DNA of 33,233 bases from assembly GCA_964590575.1 (NCBI GenBank), contig CAZPWM010000031.1, forward strand, positions 1-33,233, written 5' to 3'. Source of the stretch: an uncultured archaeon (GTDB lineage Archaea > Asgardarchaeota > Thorarchaeia > Thorarchaeales > Thorarchaeaceae). The position numbers and the translations under genes are program-made. How positions within the stretch are numbered: position 1 is the first letter of the stretch; each line of letters starts with the position of its first letter. This document shows, piece after piece, positions 1-8,486 of this stretch. The notes beneath the pieces were generated by a model that was not told the DNA's origin, did no database searches, and was given only the letters and a program-made list of their open reading frames with translations.

Positions 1-562
1 ACGTAGACTCATGTCTGTAGCCCTCACAGAGTCTATCAGCCAGATGAATCATATTTAACAGAGTGTTCTTGTCTTGAGGAAAAGCGGCAGCATAGTGATA
101 AAGACCTAAGATAGCAAAGGCTCGGGTCCGAGGTGAACCAGATCTCAATGCCCAAATCAGGCTACTGTCAAAGATCTCTTTCGCGATCAATCTAAAATCG
201 TCAGTAATCGGCATCCTTTGAGAATAGCCACAGGCCCAAAGAACCCGACCGAGTGAGTCTTCAGACCCCTCTTCATCGAGAAAGCTACGATTGTATCCCA
301 CGAAATTGTGAACTCGTCCATCCTCCTTCAGTACATAAAGAAGAAAGCTGAGATAGGTCCCAGCAAGCTTCAGGACTCGATTCTTTCTCCAAAGTCCATA
401 GTACTTGAGAACAGCTACAAGCGCACGAGCATTATCATCAGTAGTGTATCCTTCTCTCCTATCACCAATCGAGGATAATGAATGTTGGAGGATACCTGTG
501 TCGTCGGTCAGAGCTTGCAGCCAACTGCAGTTGATTGAAGGAAGTTTGATTAGGTCCACCAT
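1..562 (-). CDS. Six-hairpin glycosidase-like protein, related to the C-terminal domain often fused to GT4 glycosyltransferases; runs off the window edge (partial)
   Basis: Not in the ORF track. Manual translation from ATG at 562 gives MVDLIKLPSINCSWLQALTDDTGILQHSLSSIGDRREGYTTDDNARALVAVLKYY...VHNFVGYNRSFLDEEGSEDSLGRVLWACG...SPRTRAFAILGL, open to the edge. The TDDTGILQH, GYTTDDNARAL, HNF..Y.R and SEDS.GR.LWA motifs are typical of this family. Confidence 0.85.
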   Translation of the reverse strand, partial: MVDLIKLPSINCSWLQALTDDTGILQHSLSSIGDRREGYTTDDNARALVAVLKYYGLWRKNRVLKLAGTYLSFLLYVLKEDGRVHNFVGYNRSFLDEEGSEDSLGRVLWACGYSQRMPITDDFRLIAKEIFDSSLIWALRSGSPRTRAFAILGLYHYAAAFPQDKNTLLNMIHLADRLCEGYRHEST

Positions 563-596
563 CCTCTCTACTGAATCACTTCTTATATTAATGAAA

Positions 597-750
597 CATA
601 GTTATAACATGAGCTGGGCTCATTCTCAGCAATAATAGATGCGGGCTTCAAGACGTGGAGCACGTCTATACTCCTACTCAAGTCATTGGCGAAGGGGGGT
701 ATTCCACACTCCCTAGACGTATAGCTCCTCAAATAAAGAACATCAAACAT
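597..750 (-). pseudogene. Degenerate 5' fragment of a GT4 glycosyltransferase paralogous to 4071..5234
   Basis: With two frameshifts it reads MFDVLYLRSY/TSRECGIP/FANDLSRSIDVLHVLKPASIIAENEPSSCYNY, versus MLRVAYVSSYTPRECGIATFTEDLTKSIDDLNVLKPAAVIGINDSGSSYNY. Both genes have gatgtgattagt(c/t)tATG at the start. Confidence 0.85.
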
Positions 751-813
751 AGACTAATCACATCACCAGAGGATTCAAAGCCACCATCCAGTATGAATGC
801 TTGATTTGCATTC

Positions 814-836
814 TGAGATAAGCATTATGTATTAGC
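814..836 (-). promoter_or_regulatory. Duplicated promoter element (copy 1), upstream of the GT4 remnant
   Basis: tgagataagcattatgtattagc matches 5298..5320 at 22/23 nt. Both copies lie 64 nt from the downstream ATG and contain a TATA-like aatgcttat on the minus strand. Confidence 0.7.
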
Positions 837-1042
837 TCCCAGAGTTTGTGCTGTCAATGCGACCACTAGCATCGTGATACTAGTCGCGCATCTCCATAAC
901 GCTCCGCCCATCACTCCACCGTCCATGAAGACCAGAGTGGCGAGATCCTCAAAATAGAGTGGACGAAGCAGCGAATTCGCTAAGCTAAGACATTGTTTGA
1001 ACATAGCTACATCTTTAATTTCTTACATCGTTACTAGAATGT

Positions 1043-1696
1043 ATGGAAAAGAGGAAATATTTCACAGTAGCTATGATTGTGGCGCATCCTGATGATGAAA
1101 CGCTCTGGGCGGGCGGGACTGTGCTCATCCACTCGGACTGGCATTGGACAATTGTATCGATCTGTCGTGGAAGTGACACAGATCGGGCGCCAAAATTCAT
1201 CCGCGCTGTCCAGCAACTTGGGGGAGTTAGTGAAATCGGTGACCTTGATGATGGACCGGAGCAATTGCCTCTAACAGAAGCTGATGTACAACAAATGGTG
1301 CTCTCCTTATTGCCTGAAAAGCATTTTGACCTGATTATAACCCACAGTCCACATGGAGAATACACACGGCATCGACGCCACGAAGAAACCGGGACAGCAG
1401 TTGCTATGCTATGGGAGAAAGAACTGATTAAAGCAAAAGAGGTCTGGATGTTCGCTTATGAGGATGGGGGAAAGGGTGGTAAGCAGGACCGCCCTAGAGC
1501 AATCAAGGCGGCACACCGGAAATCATACTTGCCGGAGGACATATGGCAAAGGAAACGCACCATCGTTACGGACATATATGGCTTTGCTCCAGGGACATAT
1601 GAAGCTGATATCGTCATGAGGGAAGAAGCGTTCTGGTGTTTCCAATCTCCTGTTGAATTCCACGAGTGGTTAAAGACCAAGAGGAAGAAGCGATGA
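1043..1696 (+). CDS. PIG-L/LmbE family N-acetylhexosamine deacetylase
   Basis: N-terminal VAHPDDE metal-binding motif and second His motif THSPHGEYTRHRRH; 217 aa. Confidence 0.88.
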   Translation: MEKRKYFTVAMIVAHPDDETLWAGGTVLIHSDWHWTIVSICRGSDTDRAPKFIRAVQQLGGVSEIGDLDDGPEQLPLTEADVQQMVLSLLPEKHFDLIITHSPHGEYTRHRRHEETGTAVAMLWEKELIKAKEVWMFAYEDGGKGGKQDRPRAIKAAHRKSYLPEDIWQRKRTIVTDIYGFAPGTYEADIVMREEAFWCFQSPVEFHEWLKTKRKKR

Positions 1697-2835
1697 AAGT
1701 ACTTGTTCTATATGACTATCCACCTCCCCCTGGAGGGCTGGCAACCCAAGGCGACCTGCTCTACAGGGGACTCAAAGAATTAGGGATTGATACTCACGCG
1801 GTTCATTATACTTCTGCTCAGGAAAAGGAGTGGTACTACCGCTGGTTCAAACCGGATGTTGTCCTGGGAGTGGGTTACTGGGGAAATACACCTGATCTGG
1901 TTCTCCATCCTCAGCGGCATGGAATCCTGTCGGTACCCTGGCTAGTGGCTGATGGCTATATAGCAAATTATCAGGAGATCCTCAACAAGTTACCTCTCAT
2001 TCTGGTCACATCCCAATGGGTCAAAAATGTCTACATACGCGATGGTCTGCAGGGGAACAATATAGAGGTTTTACCAGTTGGAGTGGACACTGATTCCTTC
2101 ATGCCACGTGACAAGAGTGAACAGAAAGTGTCCTGTGTTCGTGAAGCTTTAGGTGTAAAACCTGAAGACCTTATGATCCTTACTATAGGCGGGGATGCCG
2201 CATCCAAAGGAGCACAGGAAGTGATGCAGGCGCTTGCAACTATTGATAGCAAAGCGCCTAAATGGAAATACGTGTGCAAGGTCTGGCCACAGCCTAGAAC
2301 ATTGCAGCAGAATCTTATGGATCTCCAGCTAGCAACCTCCCTTGGTATAAACAACAAGGTGATCTACACAACTAACATCGTTTCGCGGAATTTTATGCCG
2401 TACCTTCTGAACGCATGTGATATCTACGCAGCTCCTTCAAGGTTAGAGGGATTCGGAATGCCGCAGGTAGAAGCAGGAGCCTGTAGCAAGCCGGTTGTGT
2501 CCATAAAAGCTATGGCTATGCTTGATACACTGATCCATGGTGAAACCGCTTTCTTGGCTGATATCGCCACTGAGATCGTGATGAAAGAAACAACTGTCGG
2601 GGAGGAGTCTGGCTGGGAGCCAGGGCATAGGATCGTCTTTCAGAATCCAAGTACGGTCGATTATCGAGCCAGTGTCCATGATTTAGCTAACCACCTGCTG
2701 GCTCTTATGCAAGATGAGAAACTGCGACGACGGATGGGTGAAGCGGGGAGAAAACGAGTAGTAGAGAACTATGACTACCGAGTTGTCGCAAAGAAGTTCG
2801 TTCAGCTCATTTCGGAAAGACTGGGAGTTACGTGA
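1693..2835 (+). CDS. Glycosyltransferase family 4 (GT-B fold)
   Basis: Start MKVLVLYDYPPPPGG overlaps the upstream stop (ATGA). Motifs GVDTDSF, SKG, PSRLEGFGMPQVEAGAC (EX7E) and RRRMGEAGRKRV. Confidence 0.92.
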   Translation: MKVLVLYDYPPPPGGLATQGDLLYRGLKELGIDTHAVHYTSAQEKEWYYRWFKPDVVLGVGYWGNTPDLVLHPQRHGILSVPWLVADGYIANYQEILNKLPLILVTSQWVKNVYIRDGLQGNNIEVLPVGVDTDSFMPRDKSEQKVSCVREALGVKPEDLMILTIGGDAASKGAQEVMQALATIDSKAPKWKYVCKVWPQPRTLQQNLMDLQLATSLGINNKVIYTTNIVSRNFMPYLLNACDIYAAPSRLEGFGMPQVEAGACSKPVVSIKAMAMLDTLIHGETAFLADIATEIVMKETTVGEESGWEPGHRIVFQNPSTVDYRASVHDLANHLLALMQDEKLRRRMGEAGRKRVVENYDYRVVAKKFVQLISERLGVT

Positions 2836-2836
2836 G

Positions 2837-4009
2837 ATGAAAGAACAAGAATGGGCTAGTGTTAGAGAAGCCAAGAAAGCAGCCCTGGAGGTCTTACTGC
2901 ACAATGCCCGAGGTCCGTACCACGCACTGCCTAGAGCCGCCGGATGGGGGTACCCAGAGCCTTACACCCGTGATCTCTTAATCTCCGGGCTAGGCATATT
3001 AGCCTGCGAGAATCAAAAGTTGACTGTAGTTTTGCGACATGTACTACAGACGCTAGCCAGAAATCAAAACCATCTTGGACAAATTCCGGTACTTGTTCAT
3101 AACCCAAATGAACTTAATTCAAGCGATTCGACACCCCTCTTTCTTCTAGCCATCGGTCTATATAGAAAAGCAACCGGGGAAGCCAACTTCCTTGATGATG
3201 CGGTCCAGAAAGCGATGACATGGATGGAGTATCAGAGTCCAGCGGATGAAGTGATGGTAGCCCAATTGCCAACCAGTGATTGGCGAGATGAGCAGTGGAT
3301 ACTGGGGTATGGGCTCTTTGTGAATACCATAGTCTACAGTTATCTTCTCCTGCACAATAAAACCGAGAGAGCCTCAAGGATACGGAACGAGTTGAACAGA
3401 TATACGATTAGTGTCCAAAAAGGTTTGGCACACCGTCAGAAACCCTACTACGCTGCTTGGGTGTATAAAGTCCTGTATGACGAACATTTCGATCTCTTAG
3501 GCAACAGCTTGGCTATCCTCTCAGGTCTCGCATCGCCATCGAGAGCAAAAAGAATAGTCTCATGGATTGAGCGTGAATGTCAGACAATGCGTGAACAAGG
3601 TCAGCTGGCGATTGACCTCCCTCCTAATTTCTTCCCCTACATTCAGCCAGAGGATCGAGATTGGCACTCCAGATACGCTCAGTTCAATCTTCCTGGTGAA
3701 TATCACAACGGGGGAATCTGGCCTTTCGTTTGCGGTTTCTACATAGCAGCGATCGTGGCAACAGGCAAGTTTTCATTGGCAGAAAAAAAGCTGCTCGCTT
3801 TAACCAAACTGGTTCGCCCTTCACGTGAAGCTAATGTCGACTTTGGCTTCAATGAATGGTTTCGCGCTCAAGATGGCACACCAAGAGGGCAAGACTGGCA
3901 GAGTTGGTCAGCTGCGATGTATTTGTACGCCGCGGTTTCAGTCGAACAAAGAATAACCCCGTTTTTTGACGAAATTCGAAGTTTCTCACAAGAAGTATTT
4001 TCTGAATGA
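2837..4009 (+). CDS. (alpha/alpha)6 glycoside hydrolase, GH100 alkaline/neutral invertase-like or amylo-alpha-1,6-glucosidase-like
   Basis: Motifs YTRD, DSTPLF, FDLLGNSLAILSGLA, YHNGGIWPF, FNEW and QSWSAAMYL resemble GH100 YHNGGSWP and QTWS. The ATG at 2837 is 1 nt after the GT4 stop. Confidence 0.8.
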   Translation: MKEQEWASVREAKKAALEVLLHNARGPYHALPRAAGWGYPEPYTRDLLISGLGILACENQKLTVVLRHVLQTLARNQNHLGQIPVLVHNPNELNSSDSTPLFLLAIGLYRKATGEANFLDDAVQKAMTWMEYQSPADEVMVAQLPTSDWRDEQWILGYGLFVNTIVYSYLLLHNKTERASRIRNELNRYTISVQKGLAHRQKPYYAAWVYKVLYDEHFDLLGNSLAILSGLASPSRAKRIVSWIERECQTMREQGQLAIDLPPNFFPYIQPEDRDWHSRYAQFNLPGEYHNGGIWPFVCGFYIAAIVATGKFSLAEKKLLALTKLVRPSREANVDFGFNEWFRAQDGTPRGQDWQSWSAAMYLYAAVSVEQRITPFFDEIRSFSQEVFSE

Positions 4010-4041
4010 AATTTCGAGCTAGATATGAAGATAGACATGCG

Positions 4042-4069
4042 CAGGAGATTGATGGAATCCATCCTCCTG
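4042..4069. terminator. Hairpin between convergent genes
   Basis: caggag-att-gatgg-aat-ccatc-ctcctg forms a bulged stem-loop, with no strong U-tract. Confidence 0.35.
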
Positions 4070-4070
4070 T

Positions 4071-5234
4071 CTATTGAATCACTTCGTTGAATAAGGAAAC
4101 ATATTTCGAAGCTACTTTGGACCATGTCATGTCCTGACCGTACTCATATGCCAGCTTCTCAATGTGAGCTCTCTGTTCAGGGTTTTCTAAGAGGTGTCTG
4201 ATACCATCGGTAATGGAAGCAGGGCTTTTGAATTTGCACAGTACTCCACGGCCCTCAGCTAGAACCTCTTTCGCGTAGTAGAAGGGTGTAGAAACAATGG
4301 CTCTTCCAGCCCCTAAAGCATATGTCACAGTCCCACTTGAGAGTTGATCCACGTTAACATAGGGGCAGATGTACACATCCGTGGCTTGTAGGTATTGAAT
4401 AAGTTCGTCTTTACTCAAGAACCTATTATGGAACTTGACATTCTTCTCCAACTTTAGTTTCTTCACTAAATTCACAAGGCGTCTTCTGTATTTCTCGCCC
4501 ACACGCAGTCTAACTTGTGGATGAGTTGCTCCTATTATTAAATAGAGAATATCAGGCCACTCTTTGACGACATCTGGCAGAGCTTTAATTGCATTATGAA
4601 TTCCCTTGTCACGACTCAAGAGACCGAATGTAGACAAAACAATTCGTCCATCCAAACCTAAGGAGTCCTTTACTGACTCGCTTGGAACAAAAGGTATAGG
4701 CGGAGTTCCATGCGGAATGATTCTGATTTTATTGGCATCAACATTGTAACCCTTCTGAAGGATGTTGGCCGCCATCTTCGTCATGACAGTAATGGCAGAG
4801 CTGTATCGCCCTATCCCTTTCACTACTTTGTCGTGGGCTGCTTTACTTTCGGGTGTCTGGAATATCCTTGAATTGGGTGAAAGTGTCGTGTGCATGGTAG
4901 TGATGCTTGGTTTGTTCAATTTTTTAAGGAATGTCAAGAGATAATTTCCCCAATCTCCACCGAAAAGACCGAACTCATGTTGGACATTGACCAAATCAAA
5001 ATCTGAATCGTTGATTTGATCAGCTACTTGGAGATAGGTACGCTCGTCATTCGCATCAAGTTGCAATACTACTTCTTTTCCATAATTATATGATGAACCA
5101 GAGTCATTAATACCAATAACAGCTGCTGGTTTCAATACATTGAGGTCGTCGATACTCTTTGTCAAATCCTCAGTAAACGTAGCAATTCCGCACTCTCTGG
5201 GGGTATAGCTGCTGACATAAGCTACTCTAAGCAT
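4071..5234 (-). CDS. Glycosyltransferase family 4, mannosyltransferase-like subgroup
   Basis: Motifs SSYTPRECGIATF, QHEFGLFGG, IPHG, TFGLLSRDKG, GATHP and SSGTVTYALGAGRAIVSTP. Confidence 0.92.
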   Translation of the reverse strand: MLRVAYVSSYTPRECGIATFTEDLTKSIDDLNVLKPAAVIGINDSGSSYNYGKEVVLQLDANDERTYLQVADQINDSDFDLVNVQHEFGLFGGDWGNYLLTFLKKLNKPSITTMHTTLSPNSRIFQTPESKAAHDKVVKGIGRYSSAITVMTKMAANILQKGYNVDANKIRIIPHGTPPIPFVPSESVKDSLGLDGRIVLSTFGLLSRDKGIHNAIKALPDVVKEWPDILYLIIGATHPQVRLRVGEKYRRRLVNLVKKLKLEKNVKFHNRFLSKDELIQYLQATDVYICPYVNVDQLSSGTVTYALGAGRAIVSTPFYYAKEVLAEGRGVLCKFKSPASITDGIRHLLENPEQRAHIEKLAYEYGQDMTWSKVASKYVSLFNEVIQ

Positions 5235-5297
5235 AAACTAATCACATCGCAAGCGGATACAAGGGCGCTATCTAGTTAGAACACATACCATCCAGCT

Positions 5298-5320
5298 TGA
5301 GATAAGCATTATGAATTAGC
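5298..5320 (-). promoter_or_regulatory. Duplicated promoter element (copy 2), upstream of the intact GT4
   Basis: tgagataagcattatgaattagc; see 814..836. Confidence 0.7.
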
Positions 5321-5394
5321 ATTTTCTACAGTTATGATTCAAGTATCAAATCATCACATCATCTTGAGATTATACGAGATATTGGAAGGAGGTA

Positions 5395-6753
5395 TTAGAC
5401 CATTTCCTTTGCCCTCTCAATGAGCTTAACACCTTCATCGCTGAGACGATCAGCAGTTTCTTGTGTTTTTCCCTCGGCAAAACAACGATAGATAGGCTCA
5501 GTGCCAGACGGTCTGATAAGAAACCAGCCATCATCATGGATTATCTTCACACCATCTAGTGTTATACGATTCATGTCCTTACTTAGTTCAAGGAGTGCCT
5601 TTTGGAGTGGTTCCTTCTTTTCTTGAGGGACATGCACTTTCACCTTTGTATTGAAATATACAGGAAGTTCACTGACAAGCTGTGAGAGGGTTTTACCTTC
5701 TAGCGCAATCATTTCCACAACTTGGGTAGCAGTCATCGCACCATCACGAACAGGTTGATGAGCTGGATAAAAAACCCCCCCATTTTCCTCACCACCCAAT
5801 TCTGCACCAGTTTCCTCGAGTCTATGCGATACATCAACACTTCCAACCGTGGTCCAATCTATCTTGGCACCAGCTTTTCGGGCAACATCTTCAATAAGAC
5901 GACCGCTCGAAACAGGCGTGACTAGGGTTGATCCATGTTTCTTTGCCAGCACTCGTGAGGCTATCAATGCAAAGGATTGGTCACCCCATAGGACCCTGCC
6001 CGTTTCATCAACAAAGGTTGCTCGATCTGCATCACCATCATGTGCTATTCCCAAATCAGCTCCAGTGACTCTCACCATGAGCGCGAGGTCCTTAATATTC
6101 TCGGGGATTGGCTCAGGATTTCTTCCTGGAAATGAACCATCTAACTGAGAATTAAGTGAAACAACGGTACATCCAAGTTCTCTTAGGAGCCGGGGTGTCA
6201 CTAAACCACCTACACTATTGGCACAATCAACAATCACTTTCAGTTTTTTATTCCTTATTTTATCGACATCAAGGTGCGATTTGATTCCCTCTAAATACAC
6301 ATCAATAGCAGAGTCATAATCTGTGACTTGGCCAATTTTGTTCCAATCAGCAATATTGAATTTGTTCGAGTGGTAGAGTAGTTCAATCTGAGTTTCGGTT
6401 TCGCGGGATATCTCAATTCCATTGGAACCTATTACTTTGATTCCATTGAATTGAGGGGGGTTGTGTGATGCTGTGACCATGATTCCAGCGATACATCCTA
6501 ATCTGGGTATCATATACTGCAAAGTCGGAGTTGGTACAAGACCAAGATTGACAACCGAACAGCCTGTTGAGGTCAACCCAGAAGTCACCAACTGGGTGAA
6601 CATTTCACCTCCCATCCGCGAGTCCCGTGCTATTCCCACTAGACCGGGACCTAGCAAAGAGCCTACAGCACGACTCAGGTTGAGAACCAGTTCAACGGTA
6701 AAGTCCTCGTTTATTATACCGCGAACTCCGTTTGTACCAAACATTGTGGTCAA
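5395..6753 (-). CDS. glmM: Alpha-D-phosphohexomutase (archaeal phosphoglucosamine mutase / PMM-PGM)
   Basis: Motifs FGTNGVRG, catalytic TASHNP, metal loop DGDADR, GGEENGG and RPSGTEP. Sugar specificity cannot be fixed from motifs. Start is TTG 6753 or ATG 6744. Confidence 0.9.
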   Translation of the reverse strand: MTTMFGTNGVRGIINEDFTVELVLNLSRAVGSLLGPGLVGIARDSRMGGEMFTQLVTSGLTSTGCSVVNLGLVPTPTLQYMIPRLGCIAGIMVTASHNPPQFNGIKVIGSNGIEISRETETQIELLYHSNKFNIADWNKIGQVTDYDSAIDVYLEGIKSHLDVDKIRNKKLKVIVDCANSVGGLVTPRLLRELGCTVVSLNSQLDGSFPGRNPEPIPENIKDLALMVRVTGADLGIAHDGDADRATFVDETGRVLWGDQSFALIASRVLAKKHGSTLVTPVSSGRLIEDVARKAGAKIDWTTVGSVDVSHRLEETGAELGGEENGGVFYPAHQPVRDGAMTATQVVEMIALEGKTLSQLVSELPVYFNTKVKVHVPQEKKEPLQKALLELSKDMNRITLDGVKIIHDDGWFLIRPSGTEPIYRCFAEGKTQETADRLSDEGVKLIERAKEMV

Positions 6754-6876
6754 GATCGTATCACTGAAATCAGTGTAATTGGGTGGCGACTTAAGAGTTG
6801 TTATAGGGAATTTCTCATTGTGATTTCCGATGTCCTGATAAGATCAGTTGAAGAGTAGTAAAGAGTTTCAGATTTC

Positions 6877-7098
6877 TCAATTGACCCCTTTGATAATAGA
6901 TTGAACACGCCCCACCTGACCAGTCTGCAACCGCACCTTAATACCATGTGGATGACTAAGGGAGTTTGTGAGGATATCTTTCACTACTCCACGGGTGAGC
7001 CTTCCTGTACGTTGGTCCTGCTTTTGAACAATATCGACAGTGTCACCTAGATGAATACTCCTACGGTTCGACCCAGTTTTTGTAGTAGTTTCGCGCAT
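6877..7098 (-). CDS. YwbE family (DUF2196) small protein
   Basis: VDIVQKQDQRTGRLTRGVVKDILTNSLSHPHGIKVRLQTGQVGRV is the family signature; start uncertain. Confidence 0.88.
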   Translation of the reverse strand: MRETTTKTGSNRRSIHLGDTVDIVQKQDQRTGRLTRGVVKDILTNSLSHPHGIKVRLQTGQVGRVQSIIKGVN

Positions 7099-7208
7099 TC
7101 TAGAGGTTGCAAGTTGCATTGCGATTATATACCTACTCACGCCTGCAAATAGTACTCAGGTTCATCAGAACTCTTTGCTAACGGTGGACACTATTTTCCC
7201 GACATGAT

Positions 7209-7949
7209 TCAACCAACGAACGCTTTCAATAATGTAATGATTGCAAGTATTACAATCACAGCCGAAAGACCAATCTCCAGCGATCTTGATTTTGTCTTGA
7301 TGGAACGGTAACTTCCAAGCCTTGCACCAACCACTGACCCAACGATAACTGCCAGCCCTTGGTCCCACACCAAGTGTCCTTGAGCCCAGTAGAGGAACAC
7401 ACCAACAATGGATGTGAAAACAGCGGCGAATAAGGCGGTTGCAATAGCTTTGTGCATATCGACATTGAGCACCCTAAGAAGAGGGACAAACAAAGAACCT
7501 TCACTCCCACCTCTCATCCCAGTCAATGTATTGCTAGCTAACGTGCCAGCTGTCAATAGTAGCGGTGAGGGCTCAAGTTCATTCAGAGTGGTAGAACCTA
7601 AATGATTGAGGTTCATCGCTATCACTGCGACTAATGAAACCATGACAAAGATAACAGCCAACCAAACAGAGGATGTTGCTAGAGAGAAGGCAATCAATGT
7701 GCCAAGGACTGTACCCACTGATCCCCCAAGGACCATGTAACCTCCAATCCGAAAGTCAATATTCTGTCTTTGAGTGAATGCCCCGATAAAACACGTTATG
7801 GGGAGGGCCAGCATATTCAGCCCGTAGGAGGATATTAGTGTAAAACCAGCCAGATTCAGTAACGGGATTCTGATTGACCCTCCTCCAATTCCAAACATAC
7901 CACTTCCAAATCCTCCAATAAAACCTATGATACTTGATAACAATATCAT
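7209..7949 (-). CDS. Sulfite exporter TauE/SafE family membrane protein
   Basis: GFGSGMFGIGGGSIRIPLL and its internal repeat GMRGGSEGSLFVPLL, plus MHKAIAT; about 8 TM helices. The start is probably near 7949-7967 rather than 8033. Confidence 0.88.
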   Translation of the reverse strand: MILLSSIIGFIGGFGSGMFGIGGGSIRIPLLNLAGFTLISSYGLNMLALPITCFIGAFTQRQNIDFRIGGYMVLGGSVGTVLGTLIAFSLATSSVWLAVIFVMVSLVAVIAMNLNHLGSTTLNELEPSPLLLTAGTLASNTLTGMRGGSEGSLFVPLLRVLNVDMHKAIATALFAAVFTSIVGVFLYWAQGHLVWDQGLAVIVGSVVGARLGSYRSIKTKSRSLEIGLSAVIVILAIITLLKAFVG

Positions 7950-8151
7950 CTGGACTATGTCCGTTATTTTGCACCTTCTATGGTAACTAAATGCAAAGCA
8001 CTTAGATGTCTGGGCATCAGTAGTCTGAGTCATTTTTAAGCACTAATGTATGACAGACTCCAAGAAACAACAGGAGTATCTACTATTTGGTCTATAGAAT
8101 GACCTCTGGAGGATGGCTCTTACAGTAGGATGGGAACATTCACTCGGTAGT

Positions 8152-8355
8152 TTATGGAGGCTTCTCGTCTGCCATCGCTTTTGAGGCTGGTTTCCCCCCG
8201 ATTCCCCAATGGGTCTTTGGAACCTCCTGAACAATGACTTCGACAGCTCGTTCTGGAATTCCTAACTCAACAAAGACCTTCGTAATTCCCGAGATAATAT
8301 GCTCCACAGCGTCTTCAGATGTGCCTTTCCACATCTTAACGTCAACAATTGGCAT
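8152..8355 (-). CDS. 4-oxalocrotonate tautomerase family protein
   Basis: Catalytic Pro-1 after Met (MPIVDV), 67 aa, V.VIVQEVPKTHWGIGG. Confidence 0.92.
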   Translation of the reverse strand: MPIVDVKMWKGTSEDAVEHIISGITKVFVELGIPERAVEVIVQEVPKTHWGIGGKPASKAMADEKPP

Positions 8356-8486
8356 GATTTGGCCTTGGAATTTTTGATATTAAATAATTCTGATTTTGGA
8401 ATTTCCTATTTACGGTCTTTTGTGTCTTAGAAAGGTTCGTGAGATTTTCTTTTTTCAAAACAGCACTCAAAATAGTGTTTGATGTT

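Noticed and set aside
405-635. 76-aa plus-strand ORF from the track
   Set aside because: Antisense shadow of the real minus-strand gene at 1..562.
4026-4070. Short MKIDMRRRLMESILL frame that might be a truncated GH130 N-terminus
   Set aside because: Too short to support, runs into the convergent GT4, and is equally explained as a terminator hairpin.
814-5320. 23-bp direct repeats read as att sites or target-site duplications of a mobile element
   Set aside because: No integrase or transposase is present, and homology extends into the adjacent GT4 coding sequence, so promoter-plus-gene duplication explains it better.
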